Shown here in pieces: positions 19,420-30,331 of a stretch of 64,000 nucleotides of DNA. The notes beneath the pieces are model-generated. The model worked only from the letters and a program-made list of their open reading frames with translations. It was not told the origin of the DNA and did no database searches. The position numbers and the translations under genes are program-made. How positions within the stretch are numbered: position 1 is the stretch's first letter; each line of letters begins with the position of its first letter. The DNA is taken from the sequence record DRR378314_166; one strand, written 5' to 3'.

Positions 19420-20652
19420 TTAATAACTTTTAATGCTAACTGCACCGTCCAGATTTGATGTTAAGCGGTCCCTGTCTTTAAAGCGGAGCTGGGCTAACCG
19501 ATTGACATTGGTAAGTCCGTCCAACAAGCCCGGAATAACAATATCCGACGGTTTGTGCTGCTGACTGAGTTGTTTCAAAGCTGTTTGCATTGTCTCTGTT
19601 GTGCGGATTTCGTCATCTACGAGGACACTGATCAATCCCAATTCAGCCGCTCTGGTCGCCCGGATATACTGCTCCAGCCGAGGGACAGTCCGCGGGATGA
19701 TGAGAGCTCGTTTGTTCATCGATAACACTTCACAGAAGGTGTTGTAACCGCCCATGGCAACAACAGCTGATGCCCGGTCCATCAGGCTTTCCATTTTATT
19801 GTTGAAAGTGACGGATTTCGCGTGTGGAAGCTTGGCAATGCGTTCTCGGAAACTGGCGCGCAGGTCCTGTGGCATGAACGGCCCCAGAACAAAAAGCGCG
19901 TTCATAGACATATTCGGATCTGCCTCATAGGCGCGCAAAACCCAGTCTGTCAGAACCTCTCCATCGCCGCCGCCGCCGACGGTAATGAGGATATAAGGTT
20001 CGTCTATTTCATCCAGAATTGCTGGATCTTGTGTGGGTTGGACATTGCGAAGAAGATACCCTGTATAGGTGACTTTGCGCTGAATATCGGCAGGAAGTTC
20101 TATTCCTTTTAAGGGGTTGTATAGCTGCTCAACTCCAAAAACCCAGATGTCATCATAATAATTTACAAGAGCCGGCAACACGTTTTTACGTTCCCACTCA
20201 GGTCCTAGCAAAGAAGGGTCATCCAAAACGTCCCGAAGTCCCAGAACAAGCTGGGTGCCTTTTGCTTTCAGAACTTCCAGTGTTTCTTCAACCTCACCTT
20301 TAAGGCCATAGGGTTCCTTATCCACGATGAAAATGTCGGGATCAAATGTCTCAGCCGTATGACGGATGATGGATGCCCGCATGGCAAGCGTCTGTTCTGT
20401 ATCAATATGCAGGCTAAGAGAGGTATACTCACCATTGCGTAATTTGATGATGCCGGGAATGCGTACAAAATCGACCCGCGCTTTGAAATCAAAGCTCCCA
20501 ATAATAGGGGAGCCAGACAGAATAAGCACCGACAGGTTTTGATTTTGTTCCACAAGTGCATGGGCAAGCGTTCGACATCTGCGGAGATGTCCCAGGCCAA
20601 ATGAATCGTGGCTGTAAATAAGGATGCGGCGCGCTTTGGACTTTAGGGACAT
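19420..20652 (-). CDS. Predicted GT-B glycosyltransferase (COG4671-like)
   Basis: YSHDSFGLGHLRR, LGLRDVLD, TVGGGGDG, AMGGYNTFCE, PR...EQ..RA. Start moved to ATG 20652. Confidence 0.85.
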   Translation of the reverse strand: MSLKSKARRILIYSHDSFGLGHLRRCRTLAHALVEQNQNLSVLILSGSPIIGSFDFKARVDFVRIPGIIKLRNGEYTSLSLHIDTEQTLAMRASIIRHTAETFDPDIFIVDKEPYGLKGEVEETLEVLKAKGTQLVLGLRDVLDDPSLLGPEWERKNVLPALVNYYDDIWVFGVEQLYNPLKGIELPADIQRKVTYTGYLLRNVQPTQDPAILDEIDEPYILITVGGGGDGEVLTDWVLRAYEADPNMSMNALFVLGPFMPQDLRASFRERIAKLPHAKSVTFNNKMESLMDRASAVVAMGGYNTFCEVLSMNKRALIIPRTVPRLEQYIRATRAAELGLISVLVDDEIRTTETMQTALKQLSQQHKPSDIVIPGLLDGLTNVNRLAQLRFKDRDRLTSNLDGAVSIKSY

Positions 20653-21113
20653 TAAAGACCCCCCCGGAATAAACTCAAAGATCAGACCTAGTCTGTATTC
20701 TAACGATGATATGGGCCTGTGTATACAGGTTGCAATGGTTTTTCCAAAGCATGAAAAGACGCAAGATTCGCTCATGATTGGTTCGATAGTATTATATTAT
20801 TAACGATATTACACCAATAAGTAATATTAATGATTGAAATTATAATTATGGTAAATAAAATTATACTAATAGAAATGTCTCAATAAATACAATCTCATGA
20901 TGTGATCCATTTTTTATTTGTATTATTTAAATGAATACAATTTTCCTAAACCTCATGACTTTTAGAATTTTCACTGGTTAGTCTCATTAGGTCATCAAAA
21001 CTTACACAAATAGGTGATTTGGAAAACTCTTTTAGTCCAAAATTAAATAGGGAGTTCGTCTTACTCTTTAAAATTTCTAAAGGGATAAGCGATCACAACA
21101 GCGGAGGCTTATT

Positions 21114-21317
21114 ATGAAAAAAATTCTTATGGAACTGGCGAGAGACGAAAGCGGTGTAACCGCAGTTGAATATGCATTGATGGCCGCTGCCGCAGCTGCC
21201 GTCATTACAGGCGCAGCGACTGATTTTTACGAGAACTTCGCCGATGCATTGGGTAATATTACCCTAACTGAAGATGGCGGTTCCGACACAGGATCCGGGG
21301 GTGGAACGGGAATGTAA
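21114..21317 (+). CDS. flp: Flp family type IVb pilin
   Basis: Prepilin cleavage and Flp motif DESG/VTAVEYAL, hydrophobic helix, RBS GGAGG. First gene of the tad locus. Confidence 0.92.
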   Translation: MKKILMELARDESGVTAVEYALMAAAAAAVITGAATDFYENFADALGNITLTEDGGSDTGSGGGTGM

Positions 21318-21367
21318 GTGCGGCAACAGTAACACCAATAAATGTCACTTAGCTGGGGAGGGGAGAA

Positions 21368-21889
21368 GTGAGCGAAACTTCAGATCTATCAAGTGCTTTT
21401 GCCTTGCTTCTCTCTTATTCAGTGATTTATGCGCTTGTATATTCAGCTATTTCCGATTGGCGGTATCGGCGAATTCCCAATTGGGTTTCTTTGGTCATTG
21501 TCGCTTCGTATCTTCTTTATCAATTTTTGCCATTCAATAGCGGACAGTTCTTTGATCATCTGCTGATTGCAACGCTGTCCTTGATGTGTCTTGTTCCGCT
21601 TTTTGCGATTGGAAAAATGGGTGGCGGAGACGTCAAGTTGATTACCGTCCTTTGTTTGTGGGTCGGGCCTGATCAGATTGTCTCTTTTTTAATTTTGATG
21701 GCCATCTTCGGAGGTGGCCTCGCCCTTTTATACCTGCGGTTTAACATGCGGGTTGGATTGGCCTGGTGCTGCCGCAAATGTGGCTTTGATATAAATATAC
21801 CCAATCACGGAGCGGCAATATCATTGCCGTATGGGATTGCAATTGCATTTGCAGGAATCTCAACCGTTTTGTCTCAGCTGTCGGTATAG
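21368..21889 (+). CDS. cpaA: Prepilin peptidase CpaA/TadV (A24)
   Basis: SDWRYRRIPN, MGGGDVKL, LPYGIAI. Confidence 0.92.
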   Translation: MSETSDLSSAFALLLSYSVIYALVYSAISDWRYRRIPNWVSLVIVASYLLYQFLPFNSGQFFDHLLIATLSLMCLVPLFAIGKMGGGDVKLITVLCLWVGPDQIVSFLILMAIFGGGLALLYLRFNMRVGLAWCCRKCGFDINIPNHGAAISLPYGIAIAFAGISTVLSQLSV

Positions 21890-21902
21890 GGAAGTCGAGA
21901 TC

Positions 21903-22766
21903 ATGCGCTCCTTTATTTTATTTTCGATCAGCATTTTGTGTCTATCCGGCGCCGTTTATCTGGCTTTAGGTGCGTTTTGGGTGGATCAATCAGAAACCCC
22001 GGAAAGTCGGCAGAAGGCCGCAAAAACGGTGGTGGCTTCTTTGGGGGAAAAAGTAAATGCAGGGGACATTCTTTATCCAGAAAACCTGAAATGGATCGAA
22101 GTTAATGAAGAGAATGTTTCTGCTGCGAGCTTCACAAAGGAAAACCCTGATCATTTTCTGAAACCGTATTTTGCGGTTATTCGGGACATGGATCCTGGGA
22201 TCCCGCTAACGCAGAGTGATATGATCAGTTCAGACGATCCCAATTTTATTGCTGCGATCACAAAACCTGGAAAGCAGGTTGTCGAAATGTCCGTCAAAAC
22301 ACTGCATCGGGGCAATTATTCATTTTCAGTTGGCTCAGTTATCGATCTTTATTTAAGCGAAATCAGGATCGCACAGGGGCATCAAGTCTCCTCTAGGGGG
22401 ATTCCGCCTATCGCGTTGGCAAAACAACTTCGGATTGTCGGGGTTTCGGGTAGTTCCCAATCAGAAGTTCATTACTGGATTGAGGGTTCGCCAATTGAAA
22501 TCCAGGCTATCTTACTGGGTCAGAAACTTGGAGATGTGGAAATAGTCCTCTCTAACCAGAAAGGGGCAGATCATACTAACTGGAAGCCAGATCTGGCACT
22601 TTTGAGAACCTATCTAAGATCTCCAGCGGAACCTGTTTCGGATCGTCAAATACGCCATATTCATATCTACCGGGCGGAGAGGCTAACCTCGATTATCCAG
22701 AAAACCCCGGGCGCAGTCGGACCGCAAATTGAGCCAAAAACACAAACTGCAGTGGATGGGGGATAG
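21903..22766 (+). CDS. Flp pilus assembly protein CpaB/RcpC-like (divergent)
   Basis: N-terminal membrane segment, SAF-like AGDIL...L.W, F.A...PGK..V, G..IDL. Lies between cpaA and cpaC. Start moved to ATG 21903. Confidence 0.65.
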   Translation: MRSFILFSISILCLSGAVYLALGAFWVDQSETPESRQKAAKTVVASLGEKVNAGDILYPENLKWIEVNEENVSAASFTKENPDHFLKPYFAVIRDMDPGIPLTQSDMISSDDPNFIAAITKPGKQVVEMSVKTLHRGNYSFSVGSVIDLYLSEIRIAQGHQVSSRGIPPIALAKQLRIVGVSGSSQSEVHYWIEGSPIEIQAILLGQKLGDVEIVLSNQKGADHTNWKPDLALLRTYLRSPAEPVSDRQIRHIHIYRAERLTSIIQKTPGAVGPQIEPKTQTAVDGG

Positions 22767-22768
22767 CC

Positions 22769-24091
22769 ATGATAATTCTCCAAAAGATTTGGCTCCATCT
22801 AGCTCTGATACTGTCGTTGTTCGCGGTCGGAGCAGCACAGGCAGAAAACCAGACAATTGACTTGAAGGTTGGTGAAGGTCTCTTGGTTCGAATTGAAGGC
22901 GCCATTCGGGACATTTTACTAACCGATCCAACAGTGGCTGATATCCAACTGACGCAAGGGAATAACATCTTTGTCTTTGGGAAAAAAATTGGGCAAACGC
23001 ATTTGTTGGTTATGTCCGAGGACGAACAGGTTATTTTCGATCAGCAGTTGCGGATAGGTCAGGATTATGAAGCCTTTGAAGCGCTTATTTCCAAGCGGTT
23101 CAAAGGCACAAATGTAAAAGTTGAGCAGTTCCCTGGCCGATTAATGCTGTCTGGTCAGGTTCAGACGCCGGCTCAGATGGAAAATATCTTCACTCTTTCC
23201 CAAGGGATGTTGGCGGAAGGAATGGAGCTTGTGAATAATCTGGATCTCGGGTCCTCACAGCAGGTCAATCTCAGCGTGAGAGTGATGGAGATGAATCGTT
23301 CGCGCACGGAAAAGCTGGGTATTAACTGGAATATTCTGTTTAATCCCGGATCTTTGGCCGTTAATTTGATCAGTGAGCAAGCCTCGCTTATCTCAGGTAA
23401 TGGCAGCACGCATATCTCCAGTGGTATTGATGGCAGATTGGGCTCCATCGATGCGGTGTTAGATGTCTTGCGGGAACAAAATCTTGTAACAGTACTGGCC
23501 GAACCCAATCTGACCTCTCGTTCTGGCGAGAAGGCGAGTTTTTTCGCAGGGGGAGAATTTCCCATCCCGGTGGCGGCCACAGATGATCAGATCCGCATAG
23601 AATTCAAGCAGTTTGGGATCATTCTGGATATGGTTCCGACAATTCTTAGCGACAATCGGATCCGCTTAAAAATCCGGCCAGAAGTTAGCGAATTGACCAC
23701 GGTTGGTGCCGTTCGAATGAGCGATATTGTGATACCCGGAATAGCCGTGCGCCGGACGGAAGCCACCATTGAGTTAAGTAGCGGGCAAAGTTTTGCTGTT
23801 GCCGGACTCCTTCAAAGCCAAAATAGGCGCCTGGTGCGGGAAGTTCCGTGGCTCAGTGAGTTGGATGTTTTGGGGCCGCTCTTCAAGTCACAGGAATATC
23901 AAAGCGCAGAAACCGAACTGGTTGTGATTGCAACCGCCCATATCGTCAGACCCATCCGCCGGGGTATGTATTCCGCGCCAGGGGCACCTGCAGACCCGGG
24001 TCGTGACTTTCCTTCTTCGTTGACATCTGGTTCTAAAGGTAAAGGGCGCACCAGTTTGCTCTTTAACGGACCCAGAGGATACATTTATTGA
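22769..24091 (+). CDS. cpaC: Pilus secretin CpaC/RcpA
   Basis: DP.VAD, QVNLSVRVME, LAEPNL..SG..ASF.AGGEFPIP, L.SGQSFA.AGL, ETELV. Confidence 0.95.
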   Translation: MIILQKIWLHLALILSLFAVGAAQAENQTIDLKVGEGLLVRIEGAIRDILLTDPTVADIQLTQGNNIFVFGKKIGQTHLLVMSEDEQVIFDQQLRIGQDYEAFEALISKRFKGTNVKVEQFPGRLMLSGQVQTPAQMENIFTLSQGMLAEGMELVNNLDLGSSQQVNLSVRVMEMNRSRTEKLGINWNILFNPGSLAVNLISEQASLISGNGSTHISSGIDGRLGSIDAVLDVLREQNLVTVLAEPNLTSRSGEKASFFAGGEFPIPVAATDDQIRIEFKQFGIILDMVPTILSDNRIRLKIRPEVSELTTVGAVRMSDIVIPGIAVRRTEATIELSSGQSFAVAGLLQSQNRRLVREVPWLSELDVLGPLFKSQEYQSAETELVVIATAHIVRPIRRGMYSAPGAPADPGRDFPSSLTSGSKGKGRTSLLFNGPRGYIY

Positions 24092-24100
24092 GGTCACGCC

Positions 24101-24694
24101 ATGAAAAAAATCACTAGCTGGTGCACCTATCCGTTGTTGATGTTATCCTTTGGGTGCCAGTTCCCCTCAGAAAATGCGCCTCCACTGGTTGCAACCAATG
24201 ATTTTGTGCAGCCACTGAAGATGGCTACAGTTTTGGTATTTGAAGGGATGCCCGGGTCAACTGTCTTAACTACATCGGCGGGACTGTCACTCACACAATT
24301 TCTGATAGATAAAAAACCCAATCATCTGAAAAGGATGACTTTTCATATCTATTCATCCCTTCGTTCTGATCAGGTCTTAACCGCAATAGAGAAATTGCAC
24401 CTTTCCGGCGTGTCTTCTCAACAGATTTTTGAAAATCAACTTCGGGGACGAAAGAACATTCAACTGCGCGTAACAGAGCAGTCTTATCGGTTCCATTATA
24501 CATCCTGTTACACAAAAACAGGTGAATATCGGTTTGGCTGTGCGGTTGCCAGAAATAAGGCCCTCTCTGTGCAAAACCCAACCGACTATTTTGATCCGTT
24601 GCCGCTCACACCGGGAAAGGGGCGGTTTGAGTGGCCTGTTAGTCAACAACTCAGCACACCATTACCCAGATCAACAGTGCAGGGGGTAAAGTAA
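24101..24694 (+). CDS. CpaD-like pilus lipoprotein (divergent)
   Basis: Lipobox-like LSFGC, C-terminal FGCAVARN.A..V.NP.D typical of CpaD. Located after cpaC. Confidence 0.7.
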   Translation: MKKITSWCTYPLLMLSFGCQFPSENAPPLVATNDFVQPLKMATVLVFEGMPGSTVLTTSAGLSLTQFLIDKKPNHLKRMTFHIYSSLRSDQVLTAIEKLHLSGVSSQQIFENQLRGRKNIQLRVTEQSYRFHYTSCYTKTGEYRFGCAVARNKALSVQNPTDYFDPLPLTPGKGRFEWPVSQQLSTPLPRSTVQGVK

Positions 24695-25914
24695 TGGCAG
24701 GGTATCTAGCTCCTTTATCCAATAAGGAAAAACCTGGCAATGCCCCGGCGCAGGTGATCGCCTTTTTAAGTGATGATGAGTCACTGAAAACTGTTAATCG
24801 AACCCTCGATCAATTGGGGATCGAGCAAAGCTTGGTACGGCTTGGCGGTCTTGAAATTGCGCTTAAATCAATAGAAAGGGGGCAGCGGTTCAAAATCCTG
24901 ATCGTTGATCTTACCGGTACCCGTCTGGAGGCAACACAAATATCTGAATTGATGGAGTTATGCCCGCCATCAACACAGATCATAGGGGTCGGGGATCAGG
25001 ATACAGTCAGCTTTTACCGTCAGGTTCGAAATCTTGGGTTTAGGGATTATCTCGTTAAACCGCTACCGGATCATGTGCTGCAAGCTACGCTTCAGAACCT
25101 CAATAATAGACAGGCGACGGGACATGATCATCAGCGGGTTGCCCGGCGCATCAGTCTTATGGGTATTTCTGGTGGGGTTGGAACGTCCCTCATTGCAGCC
25201 GGGGTTGCGCATTCGATTTCCAAAATCCGCGGTCGGAAGTGTTTGTTACTGGATTGCAATGGAAATCGGGGAAGCCTCTCTGTGCAGTTTGGCGCACAGG
25301 AGAATAATGGCCTTGGAGAATTGTTGCGATCGCCCGATCGCATAGATGAGTTGCTGCTCAAACGCCAACTTCGAAAATTGGGACCACAGTTGGATCTCCT
25401 GGCATCAGACACCTACTCGGTTCAACAGTTGATTGAGTGGTCCGTTGGGTTGCCAACTGTACTGAAATATGGCGAAGCAGACTATCACTATATCGTTCAG
25501 GACCAGGCATTCCCCCTGAAAAGCGAAGAAACTGGTCCGACAAACCGACTGCAGCTGATCGTTACGGATCGGCGATTGAGTAGTTTAAGGAGCTTGAAAC
25601 TACTGTTATCCCAGCAGGGGGAATGGGACGTAAACCGGATCATTCTGAACAATCCGCGTCCCATTTCTAAATCGGACATCGCGGATGAAGAGGTCGCTGA
25701 GTTTCTGGGTCGAAAGCCAGATTTTAGTATTCCCTATGACGCAAAAAAAGTCGGGAGGCATGAACTGGCTTTTGAACCGGTGACAATGTCGAGAAATCCT
25801 GTGTCCCTTAAGCTCTATGAAGTGGTGAGGTCCATAACAGGTGGATCTCTAACAGCACCTGCAAAAGGAGCGGGCTGGATTCAGTTGGTAAGGAGGCGGG
25901 CGCTTGTCAGATAA
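24694..25914 (+). CDS. cpaE: CpaE/TadZ pilus localisation protein (atypical receiver plus MinD/ParA-like domain)
   Basis: DYLVKPL receiver end, degenerate Walker A GISGGVGTS, PDRIDELL, IPYD. Confidence 0.85.
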   Translation: MAGYLAPLSNKEKPGNAPAQVIAFLSDDESLKTVNRTLDQLGIEQSLVRLGGLEIALKSIERGQRFKILIVDLTGTRLEATQISELMELCPPSTQIIGVGDQDTVSFYRQVRNLGFRDYLVKPLPDHVLQATLQNLNNRQATGHDHQRVARRISLMGISGGVGTSLIAAGVAHSISKIRGRKCLLLDCNGNRGSLSVQFGAQENNGLGELLRSPDRIDELLLKRQLRKLGPQLDLLASDTYSVQQLIEWSVGLPTVLKYGEADYHYIVQDQAFPLKSEETGPTNRLQLIVTDRRLSSLRSLKLLLSQQGEWDVNRIILNNPRPISKSDIADEEVAEFLGRKPDFSIPYDAKKVGRHELAFEPVTMSRNPVSLKLYEVVRSITGGSLTAPAKGAGWIQLVRRRALVR

Positions 25915-27295
25915 ATTCCCAGAGCGGGAGGAGTCAAACCCCTCAAATTTTCAAGTCGAGGATGTATTGCATCCTTGGGCGAGCTCTCCGCCACGAGCAA
26001 ATTCCGATAGCAATCCTGTGGGAGAGGCCAGCCCGCATTTATTGGACAGTCAACTGGCCAAGCAGATTTATAATGAGTTTTTTGACAAGGTGAATGCAGG
26101 CCTTGCCAGTCAGCTGGATCATGTGGCTTTACTCGCCCAAATCAACAATGCCCTGTCAAGGATTGTCGATCAAAACCGCTATACCCTGAATGAGGCAGAG
26201 CAGAGACGCCTGGCCCGGGAAATTTTGTCAGACATGGTGGGCGTAGGGCCACTGGATGATCTCATGAAAGATCCGGAGATTTCAGATATTCTGGTGAACG
26301 GGCACACTTCCATTTATGTGGAAAGAGCCGGGCATATCGAAAAGACAGATTGTACTTTTCGAGATGAAGAGCATTTGTTGGCTGTTGCCAGACGGATTGC
26401 AATAACTGCTGGCCGGCGGATTGATGAAAGTTCCCCAATGCTCGATACCCGCCTGAAAGACGGAAGCAGAATAAATATAATCACCCCACCGCTGACCATC
26501 AGGGGCACTGTGCTGTCGATCCGCAAATTTCCAGAAAATGCGGTAACGCTCGGCCATCTGGTCAAAAGCGGCTCCCTGTCTTACGAAATGTATAACTTCC
26601 TTATCGCGGCGGTACAGGCTCGACTGAATATCCTGATTTCTGGTGGAACCGGATCTGGAAAGACCACACTGCTCAATGCGTTATCTGCTTATATGGCGGA
26701 AGCTGAGCGTGTTGTCACAATCGAAGACGCGGCAGAGCTTATTTTGCAAAACTCTCACATCATAAGTCTGGAAACCCGGCAGAAAAATGTTGAGGGAGAA
26801 GGAGAGGTCACGCAACGGGAATTATTGCGAAATGCGCTGAGAATGCGACCGGATCGGATCGTGATTGGGGAAGTTCGCGGTGCTGAGGCTCATGAAATGC
26901 TGCAAGCGATGAATACGGGGCATGATGGATCCATGTCGACAATTCACGCCAATTCTTGCCGCGACTCCCTGGTGCGTCTTGAAGATCTCGTATTAACACA
27001 TCACAGCAGCTTGCAAGCTCAGTCTGTCCGCCGCCAGATTGTGAGTTCGCTGGATTTGTTGATACATGTAAGGCGCGATGAAAAAGGCCGGCGTTGCGTG
27101 TCAAAGATTTCGGAGGTTGTCAGCCTTGAAGGGGATGTGATTGTCCTGCAGGATATTTTTGAGCTGGCCACAAACACCGATCAGCATTTGCCAGAGCAGG
27201 AGCCCTCAGGACATGTTCGTATCCCGGTTCCATTTCACAGCCTTGCCAAAATGAAAGCCCGGGGGATTGACCCTCTGCAGTCGGGGGGACAATGA
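25904..27295 (+). CDS. cpaF: CpaF/TadA assembly ATPase
   Basis: [60 protein letters not shown]. Confidence 0.96.
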   Translation: MSDKFPEREESNPSNFQVEDVLHPWASSPPRANSDSNPVGEASPHLLDSQLAKQIYNEFFDKVNAGLASQLDHVALLAQINNALSRIVDQNRYTLNEAEQRRLAREILSDMVGVGPLDDLMKDPEISDILVNGHTSIYVERAGHIEKTDCTFRDEEHLLAVARRIAITAGRRIDESSPMLDTRLKDGSRINIITPPLTIRGTVLSIRKFPENAVTLGHLVKSGSLSYEMYNFLIAAVQARLNILISGGTGSGKTTLLNALSAYMAEAERVVTIEDAAELILQNSHIISLETRQKNVEGEGEVTQRELLRNALRMRPDRIVIGEVRGAEAHEMLQAMNTGHDGSMSTIHANSCRDSLVRLEDLVLTHHSSLQAQSVRRQIVSSLDLLIHVRRDEKGRRCVSKISEVVSLEGDVIVLQDIFELATNTDQHLPEQEPSGHVRIPVPFHSLAKMKARGIDPLQSGGQ

Positions 27296-28206
27296 CCCAC
27301 CTTCCTGATCACATCTTATTTTCTTATGTCCCCTTATTCCTCTTAGGTCTGGCGGCTTTGATTTCTGGCGGTTTTTATCTTAATGCTCAAAAAGAGGCCC
27401 GACAAAGATCGAAACGATTGGCATTGCTTAATCCAACCGATCCGCGCTCAACTTCAGATGTGAAGCTCCCTCAAGAGCTGGTGGCGTTATCCCATAAACT
27501 CCGTAAACCGGATTATACACGGCCTTGTTTAATTGTAGGTGGATTGCTGGGATGCGGTCTAATTATGTATGGGGATACTGCCGATATTTATCAGTTCACA
27601 GGCGTTGGACTGTTCGGGATTTGTTCAGCTATCCACCTCATTTCTTTGGCACTTCGTGCGCGTCGGCAGAAAGCATTTTCGGATTTTTTCCCCCTCGCAT
27701 TGGACATCCTGATCCGCGGCGTGCATGCAGGCCAAGGTTTGTCTCATACGTTCAGGGAAATTGCGGATATGGCCCCCTCTGGCCCGGATCAATTGTTCAA
27801 GAGCCTGTCCGCAGAAATTTCCATCGGTCGGGATGTTGGGGAAGCGTTCGCTAAATTTGTACCCAATCTTCCCTTTGGTGGGGTTCGGGCGCTGGCCGTT
27901 ATCCTTGCCATTCAACGGAAAAGCGGCGGGCAATATGCAGCGGTTCTGGAAGAGTTACGGGACGCGTTGCTTATGCGGCGGCAGCAGGAAAAGTTGATTA
28001 AATCTCTCACATCCGAAGGACGGGCTGCAGCAGCGGTGGTCGTAAGTCTTGCGATTTTGACATTCGTAGGGATGGGGTTTCTTCACCCTGATCATATGAC
28101 CTTTCTAATCTCGGACCCCTCTGGTCAGGGTATCCTTATGTATAGCGTAAGTAGCGTTATGGCCGGGATCGCCTGCATTTATGTATTGGTGGAGATTGGA
28201 TCATGA
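27292..28206 (+). CDS. tadB: TadB inner-membrane platform protein (T2SSF)
   Basis: FP.ALD.L.RG..AG, IQ..SGG, LTSEGR. Follows cpaF. Confidence 0.88.
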   Translation: MTHLPDHILFSYVPLFLLGLAALISGGFYLNAQKEARQRSKRLALLNPTDPRSTSDVKLPQELVALSHKLRKPDYTRPCLIVGGLLGCGLIMYGDTADIYQFTGVGLFGICSAIHLISLALRARRQKAFSDFFPLALDILIRGVHAGQGLSHTFREIADMAPSGPDQLFKSLSAEISIGRDVGEAFAKFVPNLPFGGVRALAVILAIQRKSGGQYAAVLEELRDALLMRRQQEKLIKSLTSEGRAAAAVVVSLAILTFVGMGFLHPDHMTFLISDPSGQGILMYSVSSVMAGIACIYVLVEIGS

Positions 28207-29108
28207 ATTTGGGACTGGCAGTCGGGTGTCTGGGTTTACTTCTTATCGCTGGAATTCTTTTCCGTCAGGCGCGGCATCAATCGCAAAAAGAATTGCGTCA
28301 AAGCCGCCTGAAGTCTGTTGGGCTTATCCGGTTCGATGATCGCTCACATGACACATTCAATAGGCCTTTTAAGTCTTTGTTGGAACAGACAGAACAGCGG
28401 TCTTCCAATGACCGGGCTGAGCCTGTTGCCTTGGTGTTTCGGTCTCTCCTGCCTGAGGTGATCAATACACGCTTTCAGACAAGAGAAATCCTGCTTTTCG
28501 TTTTAATGATCGCGGGGTTGGGCGGCGGAGTTGTATTTATTCTCGTTATGGATATGACACTACTTAAATCCCTTACCCTCGGGGGCATTTGTGGTGTTTC
28601 ATCGGCTTATACGCTTTTGAAAAGTGGAGGCCGATATCTCGAATTTGCGTGGCGAAAGCGGATTGATCGGCAAGTGGCTGAAGTGACTGAATATTTAATG
28701 CTTTGGGTGTCCGCCGGTGTCAGTTTTGATAATGCCCTGATTGAAACCGAAAATATCTTAAAGCCTTATTTGCCTGAAATTAGTCGTGAACTTGCCATTC
28801 TCTCTAAAGATCTCGCCTATTTGCCCGAGCGGAAACTTGCGTTTGAAAAGCTTGTTGATCGAACCGGATCTAAAGGGTTCGCGTACCTAAAAGAGACTTT
28901 GTTGCAAGGAGAGCGGTTAGGCACTCCGATTGCGAAGTCGCTTCGGGCAGTTGCAATTGAAAATCGAAGATCGGATTTGATGGATCGGGAAGAAAAAATT
29001 CGCAAAATCCCGGTTTTAATTTCCATACCCCTTATGTTGTTGGTGTTGCCGCCTGTTGTCGCTATTGCGGTTGGGCCCGGGTTTTTGCAGCTAATACGAG
29101 CGTTCTAG
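28203..29108 (+). CDS. tadC: TadC inner-membrane platform protein (T2SSF)
   Basis: SAG..FD.AL, Q.ER.GTPIA.SLR, EEK..K.PV....PL.L..LP......GP. Confidence 0.88.
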   Translation: MNLGLAVGCLGLLLIAGILFRQARHQSQKELRQSRLKSVGLIRFDDRSHDTFNRPFKSLLEQTEQRSSNDRAEPVALVFRSLLPEVINTRFQTREILLFVLMIAGLGGGVVFILVMDMTLLKSLTLGGICGVSSAYTLLKSGGRYLEFAWRKRIDRQVAEVTEYLMLWVSAGVSFDNALIETENILKPYLPEISRELAILSKDLAYLPERKLAFEKLVDRTGSKGFAYLKETLLQGERLGTPIAKSLRAVAIENRRSDLMDREEKIRKIPVLISIPLMLLVLPPVVAIAVGPGFLQLIRAF

Positions 29109-29120
29109 AAGGGGAGTGGA

Positions 29121-29909
29121 ATGATAAAATTTAAAAATATACTGCTTATTCTTTGTTTGGTGTCACTGTCGGGTTGCCTCAGCATATCTGAGGCATGGCA
29201 AGGGGCAGATATCCCTTCAAAAGAACAGCAGCTTGTTCTGGCAAGGGCATTATCACAAAAAGAAGCCTATCAACCTGCCATTAATCTTTATGAGAAACTT
29301 GTCAAAGCAAATCCCAAAAAGGAAAAGATCAGAGCGGAATTGGCGGAGCTTTACATCAAGACAAATCAGTTTGAAGTCGCAGAAGTGCACTATAATTATT
29401 TGGTTTCCAGGCAGGGAGGGAATTGCCTTTATTTGAATGGGCTTGGCGTTAGTCTGCTGAGGTTGCGAAAATTTGCAGAGGCTGAGTTGCAGTTTCAGTC
29501 CTGCCTACAGGTTCAACCGAACAATAAATCCGCGATGAAAGGTTATGCTTTGGCGCTTGATATGCGGGGGAGTTCGTTCCTGGCAATCCCGGTGTATAAA
29601 ACTCTTTTGGCGCAAGATCCATTAAATCGAAATGTCCGCAATAATTTCGCTTTGTGTTTGTTATTAAGTGGCCAGGTCAAGCAAGCGGTTTCAGAGTTCA
29701 ATAGCATTGCATTTGATCCTCAAGCGACCGTCCAAATGCGTCAAAATCTGGCCCTTTCCTATGCGATGCAAGGGGAGGTGGAGATCGCTAAAGAGATAAC
29801 CGCACTTGATTTTAGCGCCCAGCAGGTGCTTGAAAATTCCCAGTTTTTTGAATTTTTGTCACGCACGCGCAATCTGCAGGCCCTCAAGACATTCATTTAC
29901 GGGAGTTGA
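29121..29909 (+). CDS. tadD: TadD TPR lipoprotein (pilotin-like)
   Basis: Lipobox LSGC, TPR repeats, RNNFAL, RQNLAL.Y...G....A. Confidence 0.85.
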   Translation: MIKFKNILLILCLVSLSGCLSISEAWQGADIPSKEQQLVLARALSQKEAYQPAINLYEKLVKANPKKEKIRAELAELYIKTNQFEVAEVHYNYLVSRQGGNCLYLNGLGVSLLRLRKFAEAELQFQSCLQVQPNNKSAMKGYALALDMRGSSFLAIPVYKTLLAQDPLNRNVRNNFALCLLLSGQVKQAVSEFNSIAFDPQATVQMRQNLALSYAMQGEVEIAKEITALDFSAQQVLENSQFFEFLSRTRNLQALKTFIYGS

Positions 29910-30331
29910 GCGTAGTGAGGAGCGGTTTTTACAAAAATATCCTCAGAGATCAAAATGGAAATATGGCGGTGGAAATGTCTATCGCATTTCCTGTTTTTAT
30001 ATTGTTGATTTTCCTTTGCCTTGATTTAGCGCGCTTCACCATCGCGCATCGGCAATTTCAGAACAGAGCCTACGTTTTTACGGTTCTCCATGATCAGCAG
30101 CCTCAGACCTGGACGGAGGTTTCTTTAAAGCAATCCTTTCAGGCGTTTTTAAGCGAAGGTGAGAGGGAATGGATTAGGCTGGATAGTTTGGTGGTGCATT
30201 CAATCGGCGAAGACCGCGGGTTTCTTTTGTCCCATTCTACGAACGCAACGGTTCTCGGCACCTTTTTCGACTTGTCTCCTCTACTTCGAGGAACGGTCAG
30301 GTTTAGCCATTTCAAAAGGCAACAGGACTAA
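29906..30331 (+). CDS. TadE family pseudopilin
   Basis: DQNG/NMAVEMSIAFP cleavage motif followed by a hydrophobic helix. Confidence 0.75.
   Translation: MSVVRSGFYKNILRDQNGNMAVEMSIAFPVFILLIFLCLDLARFTIAHRQFQNRAYVFTVLHDQQPQTWTEVSLKQSFQAFLSEGEREWIRLDSLVVHSIGEDRGFLLSHSTNATVLGTFFDLSPLLRGTVRFSHFKRQQD

Noticed and set aside
21037-21061. CGTCT upstream of flp as a fourth copy of the reb promoter
   Set aside because: The -35 position reads CCAA rather than CAyA, so Tad co-regulation by the reb sigma is unsupported.
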